In this document: positions 38,590 through 50,542 of the stretch, in pieces | Position numbering within the stretch: the stretch's first letter is position 1 | Layout of the letters: every line of letters starts with the position of its first letter | NCBI GenBank assembly: GCA_028534125.1 | Contig: CM052816.1 | Span: 50,036,001 to 50,100,000, forward strand | Direction: 5' to 3' | Length of the DNA: 64,000 nucleotides | Source of the DNA: Lama glama | Lineage: Eukaryota | The notes under the pieces: generated by a model | What the model saw: only the letters and a program-made list of their open reading frames with translations | The model's database searches: none | Told to the model about the DNA's origin: nothing | Translations under genes and position numbers: made by a program

Positions 38590-41500
38590 GCGTGCCCCCC
38601 GAACACGGAGGGTTTAGTCATTAAGAACATGTGAAAGGTTTTTTTTTCCAATATGAACTCATGCAAGTTACCAAAACTGTGATAACCCTTTTTTACTTAC
38701 TGTAAAGAGTCATTTTCATAAAGACCAATTCATTAATTTGTTTTTGTAAAGCTATCATTCAATATATATTATAAAGTAATATAATTTTAAGGGAAGCACG
38801 ACATAAGGGGGCTTTAGAGCCAAACTGTTTAGGCTATGTCATCCCAACGAAGTATCCTTTCACGATCGGGGCATGCAATAGCTTGACCATTGCTAGGATT
38901 AAATTAAGGAAAGTAAAGCTACTCAGAGCAGCAGCTGCCACAAGCACAAATTTTACACATTTGTACAATTTTGAAATGCACTACGATAAACAGATTAGAG
39001 CAACAGATTTGAAATACAGGCTTCTTTACCTAAACTGAGATTCCGAGAGGTTGCACAAAACTCAGTTTCACAAGGGAACAATCTCATTTTTCTAAACGTT
39101 AGTATTTCAAGTCTCCAATAGACAGAGTATTTTACTCTTTAAAATCCTGCCTTTTTGACCAAAAAAAAAAATTCATATGGACTCCAATGTGTTATGACAA
39201 GCACAGTTAAAACCCCTTAATAATCCCATTTATATGAAATATGACACTAAAATGAGCAGATAATATTTAACCAGACTCCCACCTTCTTCTAATTAAAACT
39301 ACACATGCCTGAGAGGAATTGTTTTATCTTTTGAGTAGCTTTACTGAGTTATATTTAAATTCTAAGGGCCGTTTGCTAAGCAGCATTTAGCATCTACTCA
39401 GGGCAGTTATATAGATAAACTGCTGGACAGAAAAATTGTAAAATTTAGCAGCTTGATTTTATGTTAGCCTATGAAATGTTATTGTCCTATAAAAATAACT
39501 TTAAAATATTTAATATTTCCTTCTTATATACATTACATGAAAAAAATTTAAATCATAAAAGGAATAAATAACTATACTTGCCTAACCAAGAAATAAGAAC
39601 CCAACTTTTCAAATTCTTGTTATTACTATTTGTATAGACTCTAGAAAGCCCAACTGGTGCCTGTGTTTGGAGAAAAAAGTCAACAAAGTAGTTTTAAACC
39701 TTTGTCCATATAGAAAATCTGGTCAGTGATGTCATGTTCCTTGCTGATCATCACTAGGCTTAAATGAAATGCTGAAGCTGTCATCAAAGAGTTTACACCA
39801 AAATCTTCAGGGCTTTAAATGAAAGGGTAAGATCAGCTTCAGAAAAACAACTTTCCCCATTAGCAGCTCCAAACTTAAACAAGGCTCGGTTTTCCTATAT
39901 TTTTATGACTGTTGAGACCCCACAGGGACCAATATTTGTATTCAAATCACATTTCACGGTTTCCCATTGTTTCACACTGAGTTCTAATAAATGGGATTTA
40001 GTATAATAATCCAAGTATGACATAGCCAGTATGCTTTCATGAATGTTTTTATGTAGATTTTCCTCCCATGGACATAAGTAAATAAATCTTTTTCCTGAAT
40101 TGATTGTGGTTGCATTCAAAGCTCTGTAATAATTCTAATAAATTTACTCTATAAATGTAAAGTTATGTGTGTGGAAGGTATAGAACAATTGGAAGTCCAT
40201 GAAATCATAACTATATCCATACATTACCTAGACAGAATATTGTAAATAAAAGTAGATCATTTCTTTTATCAAAAGCATATCTGAAATTTTCAGATGCTTT
40301 AATACTAAAAGATGACGATGTATGCACGCACATTTTTACATCAGGTTGGACATGAGAATTGTACAAAAACGTAAATCCAAAGAGATTGTTAGGTTTAACT
40401 CAAGCACTGCTGATACAAATAGAACTCAAACTTCTAAATTAAAAATACCTAAATGGTCTAGGATAAGATGAATACATTATTAAAAGAGTACTATCTCCAA
40501 AACAGTGACTCTAGTACCTCAAAATATGGGGGGTAGCTCATTGCAGGAAGCCCATACTTGAATGATTATTACCCACGTTACAAGAATTTTAGTGGAACTG
40601 CAAGTGGGAACAAATTTCTATTGAAGCAGATCTATAATTTTCAGTTATTGCTGTAGAACTTTACCTTTATAATGTTAAGCATAGTAGCATTTCTTAACTT
40701 TTGAATACTTACTAGTACAGGAATTGGTGCTGATCAAAATCTCTGGAGTGACTGTTAGCTGATTATAATCTATACTGACTGCACACCATTTTTCCATGCT
40801 TGTAAAAATATATCTTAACAGAATGAATACTGCTGAGCAGAATTTTTATCTTCTCACTTCTCCCAAAGGATCAGAATTCCCATATTCTTTTGGACTCCTC
40901 CTTGAATAAGGGTTTCTTTTTAATGTTCTTATTTTGCCATTTTTCACCAAATAGCTATTTCCGTACTTCATTCCTCAAGATATCCCACTGGGAATGTCTG
41001 AAAAAGAAAGGTTATCTTAACACAATTCCTAACAGAAAGCCGGTACAACCCTGGCTAATTCAGAAATTGCTCCTCAGACTTGGGTACCGAGAGCATCAAC
41101 CGAGGGGGTTGAGATGGGAGTCTGGGTTAGGAAATCTTGTTTTGATCATTTTGTCCATAATCAACACTTGACCCCCTGAAGGAACTAAGGCTATCTGCAC
41201 ATTTCACTGACACACCTACATTTGAAAACCTAAACAAAAAGAAATGATTCACAGAAAAGACAGCATAGGAATGAAAACAAGCAAGTCACACTAACACTGG
41301 AAGCCATCTTTTAATGACTGCTGCCATATTTTATCACAGTATTTTTTAGTCAAATACGGTATCTGTAAATTTAAACTTCCTCTCATAGCAAGGGGGCCGG
41401 TACCTGTTAAAGTTTTATTTTATGCAATAATATAGTCGCTTATTATTTTGGCAGTTAGAAGTAGACTCAAAGGAGATTCCAATTTGGTTGCTGGCAGCCA

Positions 41501-42320
41501 TACTGGGTTTCTTGATTTCAGTGCTCCCAAAGAATATGGTGGTCTCATGGAGTAGATGACCACTAAGGAGGGAAGGATGAAAAGGGAATTACCTATCAGT
41601 TTCTAGCACAGAATGCATCAGGAATGATCAATGGATAACTGACATAGTTTTGTTGAGAAGTTATCTGTATCACAGCTCACTACTGCCAGCGCAGCAATGA
41701 TGTAAAACAAAAGAAATGAAAAATAGAAAAACGATATTAAGCCACCTGATTAAAAGGAAGTCAGTATTTAAGGGCATCTAATACCTACTGAGCACAAATC
41801 TGAGGAGAAGAACCAATCTGTATTACAAAAAAAAATGTTTTCATTTTCTGTAAGATATAATGAACTGGTAAACAAACATTAAAAGTCAATTTTGTGTTAC
41901 TGCAGTATCTCTTGATTCTTCTGAGTTATAGAATCCTAGCAATTTTATTGTGTGTGTCAAACTCTATAGATACATTATTTCAAGAAAAGACATGTATTCC
42001 ATCCTTGTTCTGATACATTTGAGTTCAAATTGTAAACACAAAGCAATTTCCACTTTCTGGTATTTTGCAAATTTAACATCAACAACAACAACAAAAAGTA
42101 TATCTATGGTGCTGTTAAATCAGCAACAGTATTATCCCAAAATCTATTAGCTCCTTTCTCTTTTTATATGATCAAAGTATAATTTGTTTTGTTCACCAGG
42201 TTAGCAATTTCAGAAATCTGTGGTATTACTGATTAGATTAATGTATGAGATGCTGTATGACTTCATATGAAGTCATATGAATATGAATATGAATTAAAAG
42301 ATAGATTTTAATTTCCTTAC
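38590..42320 (+). other. HAPLN1: HAPLN1 3' UTR (maximal inferred extent; true end uncertain)
   Basis: AT-rich, repeat-poor sequence after the stop with several AATAAA/ATTAAA hexamers. The distal end is inferred from ATTAAA at 42293-42298 and my recollection that the human 3' UTR is about 3.7 kb. Confidence 0.5.
39986..40250 (+). terminator. Cluster of candidate polyadenylation signals
   Basis: AATAAA at 39986, 40081, 40137 and 40245. The 40137 site is followed by a GU-rich tract (gttatgtgtgtgg). Confidence 0.55.
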
Positions 42321-44099
42321 TAAAGTCCTCTCTAGGACCTTACACTCCAATAACAAGGAATGTATTTTTCAATATTTATTCAATATCACTTCATGAATTT
42401 TCAACGTGGAAATTAGTTTCTGGATATTCCTGGTAGTTCGAAATGGATTCTTGAGTGCAAGAGATTATGGCTGGTGCAGTGATTTGAATGCAAACACACC
42501 TAAAACAATTTGAGCTACTAACAGTCAAACAGAAAAGTGCACTTTAAACTGCTTCCCATACTTATTCGGAATACACTGAACAACCTTCAAGAAGAAAGTC
42601 CAAGGGTAACATGAAATTAAATTATCTTCTTTTAGTGTTTAAGTTCTCATACTGATGAAAGATATCATCTTTCCTTTGCCAGCACATTTCTTGTTTTATT
42701 AAGGCTTGGTCGTGAACAAACCTGCCTGGTACAAATACTGGAGGGTCCCTGGGAGTTTCATAGTGCTTCAGTGAAAACAAGTTAAACTGTCCAGATGTGA
42801 CACCCTGAGTTCCCTTCCAAGTGACAAGGCTTAATACTAAGATTGTTGTTAAATAGGATGGACCCTGTCCGGGATGGTCGGATATGCAAAGATAGTAAGA
42901 AAAAGAAAGAAAGAAACAAAAAAAGAGAAAGAAAAGCAGCAGCAAAGCACTGTGAGGTATTATGAAGGAGACAGGGATGAGTGAAGAAGAAACTGACACC
43001 AAAAGTGCAAGAAGAGGGTATTTCTCTTCCCGTCTCGATGTCCTGGGCCCTTGATTGAGGATGATTTAGGGGCACAGCTTAAGATGGCTCTGTAGTCTTC
43101 ACTTCTCTACAGGTGATATATTTAGGAAACTGACAGCAGGCTACTTGCTCCAATCTGAAGGAGGAAATTCACTGCACACACTTTTTTTTTTCACTAAGAG
43201 CAAACAAAGCTTATTTATTTTCTCTATATTTCTTTCAGGCCAATAAAGTTTTGTCACCTCCATAGCCACTAATCATCTGAAACAACATGGGTCAGCCCAG
43301 AGGGTAACTCCATGCCTCTTCTCAAATCAAACAACTTTTCTTCCCAGCTTATCTATGTCCACTGGGGCTGTTCAGTGTCACATGCCTCAGCTATTAAAAG
43401 ATGGCTCTTTCATTTAGTTGGCATCTGACTGCAGCCTGAGCTCCATTTATTCAGGGAAATATGTCCAAAGTAGAGAGAAAGCTCAGATTCCCCATTATCT
43501 AACAATGAAACTATTGGTTTTATCAATAAATATAAGGTATTTGGATGTTGATAGAACTAAGAATATTGTATTCCCATAAATTTCTTTCTAAGGAAGGGGT
43601 CTTTATCCTGCTTGAAATATCTGGGATTTTTTGGTTGTTGTTTTAAAATATTTTTAATGTCTCTCCCTTTGATTTTGGTCAATGAAAATCCTGCCTGCCG
43701 AAACTCATATATATGTAGAGAGCAGAAAAAAGATAAAAAGCAAGTTTGAGCTCTGAGAGTCTTTGAAAGGCCCTTCTTTGAAGATGCTGAGAATCTTGCA
43801 TGTGAATCTGAAACAGAGCTGCAGAACCACTAATTTATTATTCTGATAAATAAACATATTCACGTGCAATGATTGCTGTGAGCTCAGGGAAAAGATAAAT
43901 AAAGTCCTTTGTGGTTCTCTCTGTACTCGAGCGAGATCTGCCAAATTGAACATCCTTGCTCCATGGGAAGATACTTATTCCTGTGATGAGAGCCAAACTT
44001 CAAGTGGCTGAGAAGCAAATTCTGCTGCTCTAACGGGAAAAAAAATGTTTTTTAACCAACCTTTCAGTTCAATGGACACAAAAATTCAGTAATCTGTTA

Positions 44100-44275
44100 A
44101 AGTAGTTGTAAGCATACTGGAATCACCAACAGGGAGCCTTAGAAACACAGCGAGGCCTGGTCTCTTCCCCATGGGTCACAGTCCAGGGAACAATTTGGAC
44201 ATCAGGATTTTTTTAATCTTCCCCGAAGACCTCTGGTTAATTCTATTCTATGTAGCCAGGGTTAAGAAACACTGG
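44100..44275. mobile_element. MER5-family DNA transposon relic
   Basis: ggaatcacc...gggagccttagaaacacag...tgtagccagggttaagaaacactg. Confidence 0.5.
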
Positions 44276-45768
44276 GCTTAACAGACTCAGGAGGAAAAAC
44301 CAAAGCCATTCCATTGATATACAGTTGGATTGATATTTACAGTTCACAGTTAAAAATAATTTTTAAAAACACTATAGTTGGCTTGAATTTGATTAAACTT
44401 GGCATACTCTTCAAGTGTGAATACTTAATTCATTTGATTTGCTCTTTTTCTTCTAATGATAGTTCCCATTATATTAGCAAATGTGTATCTAATAAGCCAT
44501 TTATCTGCCTGCTTTCTCTATTACTGTAGAATTAGATGGAAATACACAGAAAAAGAAAACTTCTGTAGAAAACACTTTAAATCATTTATATATTATTCTG
44601 ATGTCAAACTCCTTCCTATCTAAAGTACCAAAATCCAAGGGCTGTAACAATAACTGTGTAAAACATTTTGGGGACAAGAATTCAAACTCCACACTGAAGT
44701 CAATGGCTTCTGAGATTTAGTTACATCTCAGGATAAAAGACCTATAGTCACTGTGAACTGTACATTACAACATGGGCCCTCAGAACAACAACAACCAAAA
44801 AAGCCAGAAGAGAGAGCTCAGAAATAAACCCACAGACCTACAGTCAATTAATCTTAGACAAAGGAGGCAAGAATATACAATGGAGAAAAGACAGTCTCTT
44901 CAGCAAGTGGTGTTGGGAAAGCTGGATAGCAGTGTATAAATCAATGAAGCTAGAACACTCCCTCACACCATACACAAAAATAAACTTAAAATGGCTTAAA
45001 GACTTAAACATAAGTCAGGACACCATAAACCTTCTGGAAGAAAACGTAGGCAAAACATTCTCAGACATAAATCATAACAATGTTTTCCTAGGTCAGTCTT
45101 CCAAGGCAATAGAAATAAAAGCAAAAATTAACAAATGGGACATAATAAAACTCATAAGCTTTTGCAAAGCAAAGGAAACCATAAACAAAAAGGAAAGACA
45201 ACCTACAGAATGGGAGAAAATGTTTGCAAATGATGCAACTGACAACAGCTTAATTTCCAAAATATACAAATGGCTCATATTCAATGATAAAAAAAATAAA
45301 CAACCCAATCCAAAAATGGGCACAAGAACTAAACAAGGATTTCTCCAAAGAGGACATACAGATAGCCAACAGGCACATGAAACAATGCCCAATATCACTA
45401 ATTATCAGAGAAATGCAAATCAAAACTATAATGAGGTATCATCTCACACCAGTCAGGATGACCATCATTAAGAAGTCCACAAACGATAAATGCTGGAGAG
45501 GGTGTGGAGAAGAAGGAACCCCCTTACACCACTGGTGGGAACGTAATTTGGTGCAGCCATTATGGAAAATGATACGGAAGTTCCTTAAAAAACTAAAAAT
45601 AGACTTATTCTATGATTCAGCAATCCCACTCCTGGGCATATAACCAAAGAAAACTCAAATTTGAAAAGATATATTCACTCCAATATTTACAGTAGCACTA
45701 TTCACAACAACCAAGACATGGAAGCAACCTAGTGTCCACAACAGATGAATGGACAAATAAGATGTGAG

Positions 45769-45769
45769 A

Positions 45770-45807
<38 letters not shown>

Positions 45808-45873
45808 CACACACACACTCATACATACACACACACATACATATATATTCAGACACACACACACACACACACA
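45769..45873. repeat. Compound (TA)n/(CA)n microsatellite inside L1
   Basis: Seen directly. Confidence 0.9.
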
Positions 45874-46246
45874 AAATGGACTACTACTCAGCCATAAAAA
45901 ATGAAATAATGCCATTTGCAGCAACATGGATGGACCTAGAGATTATCACACTAAGTGAAGTAAGTCAAAGACAAATATCATATGATATCACTTACATGTG
46001 AAATCTAAAAAATGATACAAATGAACTTATTTATAAAACAGAAAAAGACTCTCAGACATAGAAAACAAACACGGTTACCAAAGGGAGAAGTGTTGGAGAA
46101 GGGTAAATTAGGAATTTGGCATTAGTAGATACAAGCTACTATATATAAAATAGATAAACAACTAGGTCCTATTGTATCACACAGGGAACTATATTCAGTA
46201 TCTTGTAATAACCTATAATGGAAAAGAATCTGAAAAAGAATAGATA

Positions 46247-46250
<4 letters not shown>

Positions 46251-46277
<27 letters not shown>
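46251..46277. repeat. (TG)n microsatellite inside L1 3' UTR
   Basis: About 13 TG units seen directly. Confidence 0.9.
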
Positions 46278-47729
46278 ATAAATATAAATTAAGCACTATG
46301 CTGTATACCAGAAACTAACACAACATTGTGTATCAACTATACTTCAATTAAAAAAATAAAAATAAAAAAATTGTTAAAAGCCAACACAACACTGGCAAAA
46401 TAAAGAAAGAAAACGAAAATTACTCATAATCCAAATACTCAGAGTAAAAGAATACTGTTAATTTCTATAATATCATATTTTCCATTATGTATGTAAATAG
46501 GTCACGGTTTTTGATAAAAATTAAGTCATCATTATAGATTTTAATTAAACACTTGCTAAATTAACTAACAGACTGATTCATCAATACTAGAAAAAATAAG
46601 ATGTATAAACTATCATTAATAAAACTAGAAATGATTTGCTAATCGGCCCATGGATCTCATAAAGCTATCTGAGTCTGCTGCAACTCACCCTGGGGCAAGT
46701 GAAAGACATGAACAATACAATTCAATAACAAAAGTAGCTTGAATTGTCCTTCAGCCATTCTTCAGCTTCCCTGGTTCTCTGGCCCCTCTGGAGAGCACAG
46801 AGGCCAATGGCCTGGCATTGACAGAGCGGGCAGGACCTGCCCTTTCCTTCCCTGGCTTTAGACTAACAAAGGAAGGACCGCAAGTTGTGGAGGCTTCCTA
46901 TCAGAATGCTGCCTGTGCAAAAAGAAAGCACAAAATTCTTTCTTTATCCTCCCCACCGAGAAGAATTCTGAATTCTAAAGAAAAAAATGATAACCAACCA
47001 CATGACTGCATTTAAAAGAATAAATATTAATTAAAAAGGTGCAATAATGGTGTAATAACAGCGGCCACCGAAAAGGTAGAGGAAACTGCTGAAGTATGAC
47101 AAATCCCTTGAGAACTGGCTCCCTGTTAAAGGGTCCCTGGAGGAGAGTTCAGGAAGGGTTTGGTGGGAGAGCACTGTTCAGGATGAACTGTGGAAACTTA
47201 GAAATTCTCAAAGCAGTAGACAGCATAACAGGGTCTAGAGACTGCTGCCTCATGCCATGGAGAGTCCATGCAGGAAAGTGATCGCTGTGATGTGCGCTGC
47301 AGAAATGCCCTCACCTTACTGATGAAAGCACTACATCACAAGTCAGTTCTGTCATGTAAATAAACCACTCCCAATCTTGTTTGGAATAATGCAAAAATAA
47401 ATGAAACACTGAAAATATAATCAAAGCTTACTGATACGTGAAAGGTAAATATTTAATGTGTCTTCACACACAGAATTATTTTTAAAACTTCAAAAATTTA
47501 GACGCATACAGTATTGAGCTGAAACTATGAAAGTTATTCCCTTTTGTGCAAATAATCAAAAACAGCAATTAAAAAAATTGTGTGTTCTCTTTATGATCAC
47601 ATCTTTGTGTAATCAATCAATTAACTTGCCTACTGAAGCCTGGATGGATATACACTAACATACTCTCATGATGGGGGGATATCTTTTTTTGTTCTATTTC
47701 TAAAATTTCCACATCAAAGATGCATTATA

Positions 47730-47875
47730 GAGGGGAGGGTATAGCTCAGGGGTAGAGTACATGCCTAACATGCACAAGGTCCTGGGTTCGATTCCCAGTA
47801 CCTCCATTAAAATAAATAAATAAATAAATAAAAACCCAATTACCTCTCCCCAAAATAAGAAAAAAAAAATTTCAA
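47730..47875 (+). mobile_element. Camelid tRNA-derived SINE (Vic-1-like), well preserved
   Basis: gggagggtatagctcaggggtagag (A box)...gggttcgattccc (B box), (AAAT)n and A tail. TSD agatgcattata/agacgcattata. Confidence 0.9.
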
Positions 47876-48083
47876 ACAGACGCATTATACAAAAATTATT
47901 CAACAAATTAACATGGCACAATATTAGTACATTCTCCTTGGAGTCTAAAAATTTCCAAAAAACTTGGAAAATATATTCCAGATTTGACTCTATGAACCCC
48001 TCTCCCACTGCATCATCCTCCATTCCAGGTGTGCCACTATAAAGCCACCATGGATATCTCTTGGGGAGGACCTGAATCACCCG

Positions 48084-48294
48084 CAGTGTTTCTCAAGAAG
48101 TGCCGTGAGCATTTTGGATGAAATGATTCTTTACTGTGTGGGCTTATCTCACTTTTAGGGTACTTAACATCTCTCAGTCTTCCAGCCACTCACTGCCAGG
48201 GATGACTCCCAATCACTCTAACAGTTCAAAACGCACCACCCACATTCCCTACATCTCCAAAATAGGCAGGTGTGCCTTTTCTGAGAACTGCCTG
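48084..48294. mobile_element. MER20-like hAT DNA transposon relic
   Basis: cagtgtttctcaa...cattttggatgaaatgattctttactgtgtggg...tgagaactgcctg with degenerate terminal inverted repeats. Confidence 0.6.
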
Positions 48295-49525
48295 TGTTTT
48301 CTATTACAAGGTAGATGATGAGAATAAAAGGAGAGCCGGAGAAAGCAGTGGCACTACAGCCTCAGTGGAGCTTTGTTCCATCTGCTGTAAGGTGGCCACA
48401 TCCAAGCCCCTGCCTTAGCGTCCCTCCAAGCCAGAAGGGTGTACTCCTCCCTAAACCAGCCACCTCTCAGGGGTTCAGTCAAGGCTGACCTTCTCCAGGA
48501 AGCTCCTGAATATTTTACCCAACTCTAACATCTTACCTGCTGCAGCCCCTTCATGAGTACCTGAGATTAGGAGAGAAATAAACTCATCTCAACATTTGTC
48601 CCATTGGTTAAGATTGCTTGTTGATTAAATGAGTTAAGTGCTTCTAAGAGTACCTGGCACTACAAACTGCTCAAAAAAGGCTATACTCATCATTGTCATC
48701 ATTAGCCATCAGCATCGTCATCAGCAGGGATTTTCATTTCAAGCACAGTATATCAAATGGCAATTCTGCCCAAAAGTCCAAGCCTGAAACCTTATAATGA
48801 GTACCCTGTAGTCTACTCTATGCCATGCTCTGTACAAAGCAAGTTATTCCTTTCTCAGTCTGGTGATGATCAATTTAAGACCTAAACAGTTCTTGCCGAT
48901 AAACAGTCAAAATTTGGGCCTCATAAGTTGTACCCATATTTCTAATAGACATAGTGTCTGTCCTTGACAATTTAGTTCTCAAAAAAGTACCAAATTCTTC
49001 ACAAATGTATATTTTTACACACATTTACTGAATTATAAAATCAGATACAATGTAAAATTTATGTCGTACACGTTCCCTTGGAAGTTTTCTGCATGAGCTA
49101 AACCACTTGAATTTCCTTAACATGTAAGTCTAGAGACATATGAACCAAAAATGTTTTCTTCCTGGCTTAAGCAAATCTTCCTGTAGCAAGTGAAGCTTTT
49201 TTTTTGATTGAAGAGAAAGCATCTTTCTAGGTTTCAAAATTAAGAGTCAACTGTCTCAAAACGATTCACTGTCAATTACATGCATGAAAGATTTGAGGCA
49301 TTTTTAATGATAATCCCAGAACACCTGCTGTCTGAGCCTGTGCTGGTATACACTGGAGTCCCTCAGCGGAGGTAAACGCCATCGCGGCAGTTAATGTGGG
49401 GTTGTGGTAGGCAGCGGGGCAAGGTTCTTATTAATGATTTTTAAAAGATCTAAAACTGGTATTGGCTGGCCAAGCAACTATAAACTGAAAATCAGCTGTG
49501 TTCTGACATAAAACTTAGTCACCTG

Positions 49526-49693
49526 TGTTCTGATATGTGACATTTCTGAGAAAGAAATACTGTAACTTTATTGAAATCAAATACCCTACACACTTCTCCA
49601 CTTTCTACACGTTGTTCTGATATGTGACATTTCTGATAAAGAAACACTAAGTCTTTTGAGATCAAATACCCTACAAATTTCACTTTCTACATG
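49526..49693. repeat. Diverged tandem duplication (period 87 bp, 2 copies)
   Basis: tgttctgatatgtgacatttctga...atcaaataccctaca...cactttctaca starts at both 49526 and 49613. Confidence 0.9.
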
Positions 49694-49762
49694 GTGCCAG
49701 CAACACATGCTCTTCTCTACTGCTTCCTATAGATCTCAAAACAGGTGCGGCTTGACTGAGAG

Positions 49763-50291
49763 TGAAGGACTAGGAACCTAACAGAATGGCTTCTCTGATG
49801 CTAAGCTGTTTGCTGATTCATTCTGACCGAAAATTCCTGCAACTTATTTTACTCATTCTCTGACCTAAACAGCCCCCAAACTTTCTATTACACTCTCTAC
49901 TCCCTGTACATTCTTTACCCAGAATAGCTTATCCTTTAACCCAGAAGCTATGTTCCAGGAAGGTGGCCATGCGCTGATAGCCTCAGAAGGATGAACAGAT
50001 CCTCTGGAGTTCCTCTGTGACACCAGGTGGATTCATCAAGAGTAAGAACACAGTGCCCTGGAAAAATGCCCCGTTTGTTGCTGCCTTTCTGCTCTGCCCA
50101 CCTTTTCTATAAAACTGCAGGACCCCAACCCCAAGCTGGATTCACAGTCTCTAAGGCATTAGCCTGCTGTGACTCCCCTTTGCCGGGCAAAGCAATAAAG
50201 CTGTTTTTTTTTTTTTTTCTAATTCTCCCAAAACTCTGCCTCCAAGTCTCAGTTTGGCTATCAGGGTACAGAGGCTGGTTTTTCTAAAACA
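49763..50291 (+). mobile_element. ERV1-like solo LTR
   Basis: TG...CA termini, TATAAAA at 50108, AATAAA at 50194, near-TSD agag/aggg. Confidence 0.8.
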
Positions 50292-50344
50292 AGGGGTAGA
50301 TAGCTGAGGAGGTATGTCTGATGTGATATTGGAAATAATTCCTT

Positions 50345-50515
50345 CCTAGATCTTACTCTCACCACAAAAAAAAGAAATAATTATGTAATATGATAGTGGT
50401 GTTATTACTACAGTGGCAACCATATTACAACACATAAGTATAGCAAATCAAGATGTACACCTTAAATTTACACAATGTTGTGTGTCAAATATATTTCAAT
50501 TAAAAAATAAAAAAG
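50345..50515 (+). mobile_element. L1MA-like 3' end
   Basis: tagatctt...tctcaccacaaaaaaaagaaa...tgtacaccttaaatttacacaatgtt...tttcaattaaaaaataaaaaa. Confidence 0.75.
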
Positions 50516-50542
50516 AAGATTCCAAAATGAAAATGAGATTTA

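Larger units (their letters stand above)
44807..46375 (+). mobile_element. 5'-truncated LINE-1 (about 1.6 kb): decayed ORF2 3' part, 3' UTR and A tail
   Basis: Frameshifted ORF2 peptides ([34 protein letters not shown]...KCWRGCGE...LVQPLWK). A-rich tail at about 46350-46370. Probable TSD aaaagcca at 44799-44806 and 46376-46383. Confidence 0.95.

Noticed and set aside
44932..45643. Reverse-transcriptase-associated ORFs as an active or novel retroelement
   Set aside because: Frameshifted C-terminal remnants of L1 ORF2 in a 5'-truncated copy with no endonuclease or RT core.
47730..47810. tRNA gene
   Set aside because: A and B boxes are present, but it has a SINE body, A tail, TSD and two related copies in the window, so it is a SINE.
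49526..49693. CRISPR-like repeat-spacer array
   Set aside because: Only two units, the intervening sequences are homologous, the context is mammalian and there are no cas genes.
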